Assembly (NCBI GenBank): GCA_009859145.1
Contig: VRVR01000021.1
Span: 20,001 to 268,000, forward strand
DNA from: Andalucia godoyi And28
Lineage: Eukaryota > Protista > Jakobida
Direction of reading: 5' to 3'
Length of the DNA: 248,000 nt
Shown: in pieces, positions 11,110-22,541 of the stretch
Layout of the letters: every line of letters begins with the position of its first letter
How positions within the stretch are numbered: the first letter of the stretch is position 1
Position numbers and translations under genes: made by a program
Notes under the pieces: model-generated
What the model saw: only the letters and a program-made list of their open reading frames with translations
Database searches by the model: none
What the model was told of the DNA's origin: nothing

Positions 11110-11445
11110 AAACGCAGTTCCGCAGCCTTCTTTGGACTTTCTACTGAAAGCAACATTGAGTCCAAGTCCCCTCCCAGCTTTCCCGGCAGTCCACTACAGC
11201 AGCAAGTCCGAACCAAGGGCGACTTCTTATGAAACCGTCTTTCCGCTCGCAATCGCGACACGGATGTTCTTCCGCATGCATTTTAACATGGATGTAGGGG
11301 AGGGTGGCGATGAAAAATTGCAAGGCGGAGATGATACTGAGGTTTATTCGGATTAAACGTGCAGCAGGCACAGCGGTGCGTTGAGCGATCAGCTCAAGAG
11401 GGGGAGGGGGGAAAACTGAAACGAAACGTTCTGTGAAAATGGAGC

Positions 11446-13548
11446 CTATTCTTTCACATATTCCAAAACCAGAACGCTAGCAACCGATTCGCTCATCTTT
11501 GACGGGATATTAGAAAGTAGCATTACTGAGGAGCTGACGAGCCCCGAACATTGTCGAACGACGGGCATGTCGACAGCTTTGGAGAGACGAGCAAGTATCT
11601 CTCGGACCTTTTCTCGGAGTGTTCCGTTCAGGAGTCTATACAGTGATATGCTCACCAGGACGCACAACTCGGAAAACAGGCCAAGAAAGCAGTGGTTACG
11701 AGATGCCGGGCCTGTCTGCTGCACCAAAAACGAAAAGGAGTCCAGGATTTTCACAAGACGATGACACACGTCATCGGAAAGGTCGTCGAAATCAGCCAGC
11801 TTGCGGATCAAACTGGACGCAAACAAAAGGCGTGGAACAGAGTCCGAACCTCCAAGGCTCCCTAAGAAATCAAGGATAAAGTTCAAAGAGTCCTTGAAAA
11901 CTTGCTTTTCGCTTCTTTCCGCAACGTACCCGCCACAGACGCTCAAGCAGTCAAGAAGATGGTTCCCCAGCAATGGACTTTTGAAGGGCTTGGAGGCTAT
12001 ATCAACGATCATGTTGAAGGACTTACTCAACTGAGTAGACGGACTCTGCATACAAAACCACTCGACAAACGACAGTGAAACTTGGAACAAATGCTCCGGA
12101 ATATCAACATCCACGGCACTCGATGGAAAAACCACGCCCGAAACAGACCAATCCACCCACGCAGACGAAGTTTCAAAAATTCCAAACGGGATCATCATTG
12201 CACCCTGCACAACTCTCGCCACAAACGTGGAGTCAAACGATCCCGCAACCAAACCCCTTTCGATAAAACGTAAAATGCTTGGGTATACAAGAAAGGGAAA
12301 CGCTCTGCACACTTGGAAGATGTTCACCCACACTACCAACGAGGAAGACAGTGTTTGAAAGCAGGAATCATCCAAGCGAGTTAGAAGCGTAACGAAAGAA
12401 TGGGCAAAAATGTAATGTCGATTTAGAGGACAAGGCCAAAGACACCAATCGCTCGAATCGGAGCTCAAAATCAGCGAGCGAAACTCTTCTCCGGCAGCAG
12501 CCGCGAACTCATTGCACGCCATGGAAATCAGCGGCCACGTCTCGAGGGATTCGCAGGACTTAAGCCTGCTTCTGAAAGCGACAATAAAAGAGGTGATTTC
12601 TTCAATTGAATCTCCTTCTCGGAGTTTCTGGGATACGCAGGCTGACAGAAATTTGATACTGTCGAGAGCGATGGATTCGAGAACAATGGGCGTGAATGTG
12701 AACTTGGAAGCTTCTTTCTCGAAGCACGTCGCAACCTGACTCAGCGTCCGCAAGCTTTGTTCAATCACTGCAGTTTTCACGGCATCATCTTGATTCTCAA
12801 AGTAGCGTCTGCAGATAAAAAATGAGCGGTTCGTTCTATCTACCTTGTCCGCCACCGCAGCCGATAGCACATCCGCCGGAGTGTGCAAAATCGTCAAGTA
12901 GTCGCTGCTAGACGACACGCACTTTCTTCCAACGACGTCAAACCAGTCTATTGTCTTGGCGGTCGACGACAGGCCAGACAGAAATCCTTTTGATGACTGC
13001 GACTTTGCTGCAAACTCGTTTACATCGCGCATTGTTAGCAAAATATCCGAGATGCCGAACTTCCGTGGCGTATTCCCTTTGCCGAGTGGAATATCTGAAG
13101 AGTTCTGATTGGATGCGATCGTCAGTCCGCGATAGAGCAATCCGCAGAGCAATCCTGCACGCGATGCATCATTGAGCCACTCAGCGCAGCAGCTGATCAA
13201 CAGCGATCTCCACGTTGGATGATACACTTCTGTTCGCAGCGACACATCCCCATCAAACACTCCGGGTGAAATTCTGTGAATGGCAAGAAGATCCTTCAAC
13301 GCGCCCAGAAAATCACGACTTGCCGATTTCGATCTGGGCTGCTCCGCAACGACCCGCGACGACGCCTCGACGCTCTTCACCAACTCCGACGACGGAATAA
13401 ACTCCAGGGACTCCCACGGCTTCTGCAACTGATAAGAAAGTACCTTGCCTTGTGACATGCTTGCTCGACAACTGGCTTTGTGTGCAGTCCTATCATTCAC
13501 AGGCTGGCAGTGGAAAAAAAGAAGCCAAAAAAGAAAGGGAAAAGGCAA
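11446..13548 (-). CDS. Hypothetical helical-repeat-like protein
   Basis: 700 aa open frame, Leu-rich helical character, no recognised motif. Confidence 0.6.
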   Translation of the reverse strand: MPFPFLFWLLFFHCQPVNDRTAHKASCRASMSQGKVLSYQLQKPWESLEFIPSSELVKSVEASSRVVAEQPRSKSASRDFLGALKDLLAIHRISPGVFDGDVSLRTEVYHPTWRSLLISCCAEWLNDASRAGLLCGLLYRGLTIASNQNSSDIPLGKGNTPRKFGISDILLTMRDVNEFAAKSQSSKGFLSGLSSTAKTIDWFDVVGRKCVSSSSDYLTILHTPADVLSAAVADKVDRTNRSFFICRRYFENQDDAVKTAVIEQSLRTLSQVATCFEKEASKFTFTPIVLESIALDSIKFLSACVSQKLREGDSIEEITSFIVAFRSRLKSCESLETWPLISMACNEFAAAAGEEFRSLILSSDSSDWCLWPCPLNRHYIFAHSFVTLLTRLDDSCFQTLSSSLVVWVNIFQVCRAFPFLVYPSILRFIERGLVAGSFDSTFVARVVQGAMMIPFGIFETSSAWVDWSVSGVVFPSSAVDVDIPEHLFQVSLSFVEWFCMQSPSTQLSKSFNMIVDIASKPFKSPLLGNHLLDCLSVCGGYVAERSEKQVFKDSLNFILDFLGSLGGSDSVPRLLFASSLIRKLADFDDLSDDVCHRLVKILDSFSFLVQQTGPASRNHCFLGLFSELCVLVSISLYRLLNGTLREKVREILARLSKAVDMPVVRQCSGLVSSSVMLLSNIPSKMSESVASVLVLEYVKE

Positions 13549-13653
13549 TGTTAAATTTAAAATGTAAATATTTATTAAAAAAACAGTCTACATGAACGGA
13601 GGGGCAGAACCTGCATGTGTCCAATGCTTTGGGCCGGAGGAGATGAGGACACA

Positions 13654-13906
13654 CCGCTGCCACTAATTGCGATATGATGAAGCAATCTAAAGCGCACGTA
13701 AAAACAAAAAAACACTGCCACACGCCATGCGCATGCGTTTGCTATCTAAGCACCTCCGTCACACGATGCCCGATTCGTTTCGCCCCATTTTGATCATGAA
13801 ATCCCTATAAACACGCCGCCGCGTTGCATTATGCATGTTGTTGGGTTGCAGCATTGATTATGGGTGATCAGCGATGATTATACGTGGTTAGTGCACAATG
13901 TAGGCG
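13654..13906 (+). mobile_element. Fanzor2/IS607-like minimal element, family Fz-D copy 1
   Basis: CCGCTGCCACTAATTGCG left end joined directly to hairpin + CAATGTAGGCG right end; near-identical to 40695-40947. Confidence 0.8.
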
Positions 13907-14049
13907 TCACACGACTCATGAATCGGCTCTGCGGGGAGCTGAGGAAACCTGGAAGAGGACGAATATTTTTTTTATTGAACATGACGCAAACAAACTCCAA
14001 ACGCGGGACGTATAATAGAATAAACAAAAACGAAGACAAGTACAAGAAC

Positions 14050-16207
14050 TCAAATACCGGTTCCGAAAACACCAGCTCCAGGACGAGTTGGCCTAATTGA
14101 CGAGGGAACTTGATATGCGCCAGGGCCGGGAGTGTCGGACGATGGGATGATACCGCCTTCTTTGGGCTTGCCAGTAATACTGAATGCAGGGGTTCCATGC
14201 TTCTTGTACTCTCCAGAATACGCACCAGGCCCCGGAGTGTCCTTGGAGCCCACGTTCATGGGATCGCCAAACTTCATCCTCCCCGAAATACTGAAGGCAG
14301 GGGAAGATGAGCGAGGACGAGCATCGTATGCACCAGGACCTGGAGAGTCTGACTTGTCCCCAAGTGCACCCCCCGTCTTTGGCTTTCCAGAAATCGAATA
14401 CGACGGAGGCGAGTTCTTCCGGAATGCAGCAGCGTCGTAGGCACCAGGTCCAGGAGTGTCCTTCGATCCAACATTCAGCGGCGATCCGAAATTCGTGCGC
14501 CCAGAAATAGAAGCAGCAATATTGGATCTCGGCCGATCCGCATTGTACGAACCCGGACCCGGCGTGTCATTTCCTCCAAAAATCCCTCCCTTGTCCGTCC
14601 GACCTGCAATCGAGTACGCAGGAGGAGACTTCCGGGAATCCTTCGGCTGGTAGGCGCCAGGCCCCGGGGAGTTTTCAGATGCAGTCCCCAACGGATCTCC
14701 AAACTTGTTTCTTCCAGAAATCGAATACGCCGGAGATGAGCCAGGGCGTCCAGGCGAGTACGCACCCGGGCCCGGAACATCCTTCACAGTCGATAGCGCC
14801 CCACCAGATTTCGGTTTCCCGGTGATGGTGAACGCTTTTCCAGTCTCCTTTCGTTGCGGAGAATAAGCCAGAGGACCTGGCGAATCACCAAGCGCCGTCA
14901 AAGGATCACCGAACTTCATCCTCCCCGAAATACTGAATGAAGGAGATGCAGATCTGGGCTGAGCATTGTATGAACCAGGACCCGGAACATCCTTAGCAGG
15001 AGAGTCCAATGCTGATCCTTTGGGCTTTCCAGAAATCGAATACGACGGAGGCGAGTTCTTCCGGAATGCAGCAGCGTCGTAGGCACCAGGTCCAGGAGTG
15101 TCCTTCGATCCAACATTCAGCGGCGATCCGAAATTCGTGCGCCCAGAAATAGAAGCAGCAATATTGGATCTCGGCCGATCCGCATTGTACGAACCCGGAC
15201 CCGGCGTGTCATTTCCTCCAAAAATCCCTCCCTTGTCCGTCCGACCTGCAATCGAGTACGCAGGAGGAGACTTCCGGGAATCCTTCGGCTGGTAGGCGCC
15301 AGGCCCCGGGGAGTTTTCAGATGCAGTCCCCAACGGATCTCCAAACTTGTTTCTTCCAGAAATCGAATACGCCGGAGATGAGCCAGGGCGTCCAGGCGAG
15401 TACGCACCCGGGCCCGGAACATCCTTCACAGTCGATAGCGCCCCACCAGATTTCGGTTTTCCAAGAATGGTGTATGATTTCGAGACATTTGTTTTCTGTG
15501 GTGAGTATGCCAACGGTCCTGGAGAGTCCCCAAGCGCTGTCAACGGATCACCGAATTTGTTCCGTCCAGAAATAGAAGATGCCGGCGAATCCTTTCCCAA
15601 TCCACGAGAGTAATTGTAGGAGCCCTGAAAAAAACAGAAAAAAGAAGAAAACAGACGCAAGTTTGAAGAACATGTGAGTATAGACTATATAAAACGCTAA
15701 AATGCTGGAATGCTGCCAGAATGAACAATAATAACAACAACACCAGTAAAAATGAATAAAACAACAAGGAGGGATATTGGTAGAACATACGGGTCCAGGA
15801 ACATCCTTTGACGGTGAATCAAGAGCAGAACCCTTTGACTTTCCAGAAATCGTGTATGACGGTGGCGACGCCTTTCGGAACTGAGACACATCGTAAGATC
15901 CTGGTCCAGGAACCGATGCACTCCCGGTATCCAAAGGAGACCCAAACTTGTTTCTCCCGGACATCGAAAACGACGGTGATTTTGAACGGTTATCCGGATT
16001 ATACGCACCTGGACCAGGGTTCTCCTTTGACGCAGTTTCCAACGAGGATTTCCCGCGCGATCCAAAAGAGTACTTTGGAGCAGCCGTCTTTGTCCGCGAG
16101 AAATCTGGCGAATACGACGGTCCCGGAGACTCCACCTTGCCTTCCATCGGTAACGGTCTTCCCACATGTTTGCGTTCCTTGACAGGAGATACCGGAGATG
16201 CAGTCAT
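14050..16207 (-). CDS. SHIPPO/PG-rich repeat (ODF3-like) flagellar protein, spliced
   Basis: Many PGPGAY/PGPGSY repeats; GTATG..CAG intron 15790-15625 joins DVPGP|GSYNY; a possible further 3' intron. Confidence 0.85.
14381..15459. repeat. Intragenic direct duplication, 642 bp period
   Basis: 14381-14817 appears identical to 15023-15459; the ORF track shows identical shadow ORFs offset by 642. Confidence 0.9.
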
Positions 16208-16858
16208 CTACAAATCAATCAACGAAAACCAAACCAATCAGCCAACCAACCCGCACACAAGCAAACAAATAACGGACACAAGTTCAAAACTAAACAAGAA
16301 ACACAAAAAAAGAAGAAGAAGAATAACAAGAATAGCACAAAGAATTGTAAAAGAAATGTATGAATAAAAAATACATATACATACTTTAAAATAATAAAAT
16401 TTAAAAGAAAGACGAAAGGATGCGCTACTTTGGAGATCGGCAGATCGCGTCAGAGTGAGCAGGCACGGTTGTTCTCTCTCTCTCTCTCTCTCCCTCTCTC
16501 TCTTTCTCTCAGCACAGAAAAAAGATGGGTATGAAAACGGGAGAGTTCCCCGACTTTCCCAGAGCTGCGGTTGGAATGCTTTTGGCATCAAGCACCAACT
16601 CAATTGGGAGTTTGACAAGGACGCAGTTGACAGTACGACAGGCAACGCGCCACATGAAATCACAACAGATTACTCGCACTCGGTGCGGGATCACGCCGAA
16701 CGACTCGAAAGCCCGAAACCAGTCACAAGGATAATACAACGACGAAAAGAATAGCAGCATTATGAACATCAAGAAGAAAAAAAGAAGTATTTATTATCTA
16801 AAGGTTTTATAAAATAAATAATAGCAAAAGACAAAAAGAAAAAAAGGTAAAAATATTA

Positions 16859-17818
16859 TTATTGGGGGAAAAAGTAAATTTGCTCATCGTCGTCAATGGG
16901 TGGCTTTCCAGTAAAGGTCGCTCGATAATTGTAAATGAGTGCATCTTGTTCGGCTTCAAAGCTTGGGAATGTGTGAGAGGATTTTCTTGCTTCTGAGACC
17001 AGGTACTGGGCAATGGCTTGCATAATCCTGACGTCTTTTGCGGAATGGTCGATCTGTTCATCAGATGCCCATTCGTAGACAGATCTTTCCGGATGCCACT
17101 GCAGGCCCGTGAAAGGATACTGGTACGACTCCCAGCCCGAGACAAATGTCCTCCCCAATCGATCCGTCGACGTTGATATCCACTGGAAGAAAAACTTCAG
17201 CGGATACTTTTCATTCATGTACGCGTCCTGAAACGAGATTCCGTAATGATGGTAGTTGTCAGTGGCATTCGCGGACGCCAAATAGGCAAGCTCGCCCGAT
17301 GTCAGCAATGAGAAAAGACGAGCGTTGTATGATGGATTGAGCTGCAGGGACAGCGAGATGTTTTCTGCATCGAAGGACGACAGGATCGACACATCTCCGC
17401 CGCTCAGAATGACACCTTCGAGTTCAAATCCGAGGCACGTTCCATGAATTGGAAAGTAGTCGCCATTATCATTTGCATCCTTTGCCCAGTTCCACAACTT
17501 TGTCGTTGTCTGGGCATACAAGGTGTGGTTGATGATATCGGCGCCGCCGGGAAACACCAGCCCATTGATGGCCTTGAACAGATACTGGAGCTCCGAATCC
17601 GAAGCATCAAATGGAACTGGAACGACGCGGGCGCCCGCTGCCTCCAGCCACTTCACGTAGTCCGCATTCACAAAGGACGACCCGTAAGGTGTCCATGAAT
17701 CCGGGCTGGGCTCCGTCATGATCCCAAAGATCGGGCGAGGATTGTTCACGGCTTGAGACAGCGACACCGGAATCACCAGAAACATGCACAGTACGTGCAC
17801 GAGAACCAAAATGCCCAT
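16859..17818 (-). CDS. GGH: Gamma-glutamyl hydrolase (peptidase C26)
   Basis: RPIFGI, YVKWLEAAGARVVP, FPGG, GTCLGFE, QWHPE. Confidence 0.92.
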   Translation of the reverse strand: MGILVLVHVLCMFLVIPVSLSQAVNNPRPIFGIMTEPSPDSWTPYGSSFVNADYVKWLEAAGARVVPVPFDASDSELQYLFKAINGLVFPGGADIINHTLYAQTTTKLWNWAKDANDNGDYFPIHGTCLGFELEGVILSGGDVSILSSFDAENISLSLQLNPSYNARLFSLLTSGELAYLASANATDNYHHYGISFQDAYMNEKYPLKFFFQWISTSTDRLGRTFVSGWESYQYPFTGLQWHPERSVYEWASDEQIDHSAKDVRIMQAIAQYLVSEARKSSHTFPSFEAEQDALIYNYRATFTGKPPIDDDEQIYFFPQ

Positions 17819-17835
17819 GGTTGCCTTTTTTTTTC

Positions 17836-17872
<37 letters not shown>

Positions 17873-18309
17873 ACTCCCTCTGTGGAAACGAGGTTGATCC
17901 TCCTACCGCCTGGCAATCAGTAAACACTACACAGAACTGACGAGTCGAGGAAAAAATTCGTTGTTGCTGCTCGGGTCTCGCCAATCTCCGGAGCTTTTTA
18001 ATCCTTCAATTTGTGCTGGGTGCATGACACATCACGCAGCCTAGTGCATTCATCAAATGCGCAAGTGTGCTGCGATTACAGTAAGCGTGGTGGACCTGCG
18101 GGCTTTGGGAATCGGAATAGAGGGCGTGCTTTTCTCTGTGTGTGTGTGTGTGTGTGTGTGTGCGTTCGTTTCCCTCTTCTTTTCTTGTTCTTTTTCTTTT
18201 TGGGGGGTCGTGGCCGTTGGCGTGTTCGTCGTCACATACAAAGATCCGACTCTGCTTGAAGAATGGTCGACGAGGTCACTCTCAAGCCTAGGACGATTAT
18301 TATTTTTTT

Positions 18310-20448
18310 TTGCAGATGAAGAAAGCAGGACGAAGCGCATTCGAGGCAAAGTACGAGTACGAGATGTGTGCCTACATGCAGAATCCGCGAGTACGAGATC
18401 GGGTGGACCGCGTGCTGCAAGATCATCTCTCAGACCGCTCGATTCGAACCTCGCTGCTGATTGAACAAGCGTCGTGGAATCCCCCGCGGGAATCAAAGCA
18501 TTATACGTACGTGAACTGGGATGATGCTGGTGCTGCTGGTTCTTCTGCGAACGCAGAGTCTCCGCGAAACAGGCTGTCTTCCAAGGCAAGGGTGCAGCCG
18601 ACGGCGCCGTGTCCAATTTCGTCATTCACGGTACTGTCGTTGCTGTGGAATCAAAGAATCACTTCCATCAGGCTGGTGTTTGTGGATGCCAATCCAAGAA
18701 ACGAAGAGGAGCGCGGTGTGTGGAGTGACTTTTGGAGTGCCGTCTTCGAATACGCTTCATCTCTCCGGGAAATCGTGTTGGAGAGAAACCGCATGCGTCC
18801 AGACAGCTTGCCATTCTTACCTCGACTGCTGCTTGAAAACCACTCGATAGAAAGCATATGCATCCGAGATAACTTCATTCCTCCAATTCACACATGCGCA
18901 TCCTACTCCGGTTCAGAAGCAGTCGAAAAAATAGACGACATGCGTCATCCTTCTCCTGTATGCTTCGTGTGGAGCCAACTATTGTCGCGTCCGCTGAGTC
19001 CGATTACGAGGCTGAATCTCGATGAATGCGGCTTGGATTCGGACTGCGTCATCCTGCTTGCAAAGGCTTTCTCCAAGGCTGATGGAGGCATTTTGCAACA
19101 CCTGTCGCTGCGCACCAACCTGTTTAGTCGTGAAGCATTTCTCCAATTAGTATCGTCTCTGAAAGCGTCGTCCACGCTTGTCTCTCTGGACGTTTCGTCG
19201 TGCTCTGCAATGGGAAGGTCATCGACGCCGCTTTGTGGCTGGGCGTCTGCGTTTTCCAAATGGGTATGTGATTCGCCGAGCCTCCGAGTCGTCAAGCTCG
19301 CAAACTGTTTCATAAGCCCCGATCACGGTCTGGCCCTTGTGCAGGGTCTCCCGAACTGCCTCTGCAGGAGTTTTTGTTTGGACTTAACCAACAACGGGCT
19401 GTCTGTTTCTTACCAATTCTTAGTTGGACTGAATGACTATGTTTCCTCCAAATCCCCCCTCCATGACGTGCTCCTCTTTCACGATCCGTCGCACGCATCC
19501 GACAACACCCGTACAATGACCCAGTCGTCGAGTTTTGATGAATTGCGAAGCGATGTTATTGGTGAGTTCGACAAGGGTTTGCAAGTTGCGTCGGCTTGTA
19601 GCGATGCTGCCGTTTATGAAATTCGACAAAACTATGTACATCTCTGTGCAGCAACCGCGGATGCTCAAGGAGAATTTCTTGCGTTCTGGCTCCCACTGTT
19701 TCACAAGAGAATGGGGTGGGAATTTTCGATCGCGGACAACCAGGTGGAATTCCGCTCTCGCACCGTTTCCTCCTACAAGTTGTCCGTCCCAAGAACACTA
19801 AAGGCATTCATGACGGGGTTTCTCGATGCTACTGACGCGTGCGCGAATTCGTGCCAGTCTTTATTTGGCGCGTGGGTTCGCAGAGGAGGATGCGCATTTT
19901 TTCCATCCGTCCTGAAATCCTTGACGGAGGCGACGGCCTTTTCCTGCGAACGACTGGTGTCCGGAGCGCTATTCCCCCGTCCATCCTCTCAATTGATCCA
20001 AATATACCATTGCCAGACTGGATCCATGTTCTCCGCGCACCGATGTGTGCTTGAAGTTTCTCCGTTTTTTAGGGGCCTTCTTGCAAGTTCGGCGGCGGGG
20101 TTTGAAGAAGCCCGCGAGCTGTCTCAAAATGGCCGTATCGTTTTGCATTTTGAGAATCTGCCAGCAGTCTTTCCATGCATTTTGTGTTTTCTGTACTTTG
20201 GAATCCCTCATTTCTTGGAGGCTTCGAATGCGCTGCAGGTGCTCGAGTTCGCTCACTTGTTCGACTTGCGTGGCCTTGTAACGCAGGCCGAGGCATTCAT
20301 TATTGGGAGGATGGGAGACTTTGATTGTGCAGAATTGGAACGAACCGCTGTGATGTACGGTCTGCGCGTTCTCCAAACGAAAGCACACGCTGTGCAGGCT
20401 CACAATGCAAGAGTGAAGCGCTTTCCCTTTAGTCGGTCAGTGTCTTGA
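18310..20448 (+). CDS. LRR + BTB/POZ domain protein
   Basis: RI-type LRRs (LNLDECGL, LSLRTN), C-terminal FSAHRCVLEVSPFFRGLL BTB-like segment. Confidence 0.7.
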   Translation: MQMKKAGRSAFEAKYEYEMCAYMQNPRVRDRVDRVLQDHLSDRSIRTSLLIEQASWNPPRESKHYTYVNWDDAGAAGSSANAESPRNRLSSKARVQPTAPCPISSFTVLSLLWNQRITSIRLVFVDANPRNEEERGVWSDFWSAVFEYASSLREIVLERNRMRPDSLPFLPRLLLENHSIESICIRDNFIPPIHTCASYSGSEAVEKIDDMRHPSPVCFVWSQLLSRPLSPITRLNLDECGLDSDCVILLAKAFSKADGGILQHLSLRTNLFSREAFLQLVSSLKASSTLVSLDVSSCSAMGRSSTPLCGWASAFSKWVCDSPSLRVVKLANCFISPDHGLALVQGLPNCLCRSFCLDLTNNGLSVSYQFLVGLNDYVSSKSPLHDVLLFHDPSHASDNTRTMTQSSSFDELRSDVIGEFDKGLQVASACSDAAVYEIRQNYVHLCAATADAQGEFLAFWLPLFHKRMGWEFSIADNQVEFRSRTVSSYKLSVPRTLKAFMTGFLDATDACANSCQSLFGAWVRRGGCAFFPSVLKSLTEATAFSCERLVSGALFPRPSSQLIQIYHCQTGSMFSAHRCVLEVSPFFRGLLASSAAGFEEARELSQNGRIVLHFENLPAVFPCILCFLYFGIPHFLEASNALQVLEFAHLFDLRGLVTQAEAFIIGRMGDFDCAELERTAVMYGLRVLQTKAHAVQAHNARVKRFPFSRSVS

Positions 20449-20651
20449 TTCCCCCGGTCAAACAGAAGGAGTTCCGTCACTCGACACGATAGTTTGTGGC
20501 GGAGGTCGTTTTAGCATTTTAAATATTAAATGTTTTGGTTTAAATTTAAAAACATAAAAAACAGTTTTAAAAAAAAGTATGAGGACAAACACGAAGCAAA
20601 ACGAAAAGGTGCGTCAGTACCCCAATTTTCAGGTATCGAACAGGGCCGGTA

Positions 20652-22541
20652 TCAAACGGCTTTTTCACTCCCAGCTTTGGCACTGGTAACGCCGTCCTTG
20701 TGCGAAGTCTGCCTGGAGCTCCGTGAATGCTTTTCACGAAAATACGCAAATCGATATCTTACCGAAGCACGATCTGCAAGCGTTAAGAGCTTGGCGTCGG
20801 CGACTTTTTGAATCGTTTTGAAACCGTCAGAAGGGACGCTTGCTGTAGCTTCCGCCGTCCACATGCTTATTCGATCATCATCTCCTGGAAGACAAGCGAG
20901 ACAAGACACAACGAGATCCGCATTGTTTCTGCGGCAAACAACTCCAGAACCCATGTGAATCATGTGATTGTCCAGGTGCAACATCTCCGGTATCTTGTCT
21001 GGTAAATTGAGCCCAAGCTTCGAGCCCACGGTCCTGCGATTTCGACTCATGAAGAACAGGAAACGAACGAAAAGCAGCGGGACGGATGGCTGCACGCAAT
21101 CCAGAGACACCACGCAGGGGAAGTGATTCCCAGAGCACAAGTCTGCAAACGACGGGAGGTTTGGAAAATGCATCCGGAGAAATGAACAAAATATCACGTA
21201 CAAGAGAGGCTCCAGTGCCCCGGGACCCTGCGGGAAAAGCGTGCTCGCGAGGAAATTATACAAGACTTCCGATTGCGGAAATGAGCTTTGCATTCCTGTC
21301 CAAAGGGCGCTGAGTAAGAACGAGTCAAACGGCCGACGATGCGGCTGCGATGCCATAACCGACGCGCGGGCATCCGAGACACACATCATGGAGAGAGCAA
21401 AGAGGCACGCGGAAACGTGCTTGTGTGCTGGATCGCAGGGAATAAACAAGTCCAAATCATAACCATGTCTCTCACTTCCTAATGAGAAAGCGCGGTAGAA
21501 CTGGAATTGGATTGGAGGGAACGAGAGTCCCTCGATCGATCGTGCGGCATTGTCAAACGTGTCGATGGGGTCCTCAATCCATATCAGCCTGTCTGCGAAA
21601 TGCAGCTCTTGCGCCGGTAGATGCTCTTGAGCTAAGACGTCCTTGTATGTTTGCGCAATGTCTTTTCGTAAAACAGGAGTTTGAACACGAATTGACACGG
21701 CCCGCGTCGAATAGTCGAAGTCGTTTGCAAAGAATGCGAAGAATCCGTACAGCAGTGCATCGACTGTCAGGTCGTTCTTCGACTTCCATGTCCGAATGAC
21801 AGACAGGGCTTGGGAAGGGAAAAGATAACTCGACAAGTGGTTAACGTCTGGGAAGTCCTTGCAGGTCATCTTCATGTGTCCTGCAGCAGCGGCCCACAGA
21901 CGCCCTCGCTCCACGTTCAGTTCAAGCACAGGAATAACCTCTTGTTGTTGAAGATAGAACAGCAGCATCAAGATGAGCGAGTATGAATTGAAATAGCCTG
22001 TTGAAGACACAATTCCTCTCCGTTTTCCCCAATGCTTCACAAGCAGGCCTAGAGGCCGAACTCTGGGGTCCATACGCGAATATGTCGACAACAGCTCCGA
22101 GTTCAGCAGCACTTTGGGATTCGCACCGAACGACAGGTCGCATTGTAACGGCAAGCGACTATCAGCGGTCTTGACGAGGACTGCAAACTTGACAAGAGGC
22201 ACGCGAGCATGCAGGATGTCTATAACACGACCAATGGATACCAACCGGTTCTTCGGAGACCGTGCCGCATTCCGCAGGCATCGGAGAACCCGTTCGGGCG
22301 ACACCGCCGGATTCAAGTACATCATATCAATGTCGAATGCGCCGTGTGTGCAGAACCCATTTGAAAAGGACCCGAATATATGCAGCGGAACACTCTCGAC
22401 GGTGTCTCCAGGCGACCCAAAGCAGTCCAGCAGCAGTGCCTTCAGCTCCGTCAAAACAGCCGACACAGCAGCCCAGTCCGCACTCGACAACTTGAATGTC
22501 TCCACCAAGCTCGACAAGCATTCACGACAGTCTTGCTGCAT
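20652..22541 (-). CDS. Cid1/GLD-2 family terminal nucleotidyltransferase (TUTase/PAP)
   Basis: FGSFSNG..DIDM, ARVPLVKF, CDLSF, LVKHWGKRRGI, IEDPID PAP-associated domain. Confidence 0.85.
   Translation of the reverse strand: MQQDCRECLSSLVETFKLSSADWAAVSAVLTELKALLLDCFGSPGDTVESVPLHIFGSFSNGFCTHGAFDIDMMYLNPAVSPERVLRCLRNAARSPKNRLVSIGRVIDILHARVPLVKFAVLVKTADSRLPLQCDLSFGANPKVLLNSELLSTYSRMDPRVRPLGLLVKHWGKRRGIVSSTGYFNSYSLILMLLFYLQQQEVIPVLELNVERGRLWAAAAGHMKMTCKDFPDVNHLSSYLFPSQALSVIRTWKSKNDLTVDALLYGFFAFFANDFDYSTRAVSIRVQTPVLRKDIAQTYKDVLAQEHLPAQELHFADRLIWIEDPIDTFDNAARSIEGLSFPPIQFQFYRAFSLGSERHGYDLDLFIPCDPAHKHVSACLFALSMMCVSDARASVMASQPHRRPFDSFLLSALWTGMQSSFPQSEVLYNFLASTLFPQGPGALEPLLYVIFCSFLRMHFPNLPSFADLCSGNHFPCVVSLDCVQPSVPLLFVRFLFFMSRNRRTVGSKLGLNLPDKIPEMLHLDNHMIHMGSGVVCRRNNADLVVSCLACLPGDDDRISMWTAEATASVPSDGFKTIQKVADAKLLTLADRASVRYRFAYFREKHSRSSRQTSHKDGVTSAKAGSEKAV

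Noticed and set aside
8086-22541. DIS3-like nuclease plus TUTase as a linked uridylation-decay module
   Set aside because: They are 10 kb apart with unrelated genes between, and the nuclease has a PIN-like N-terminus unlike DIS3L2
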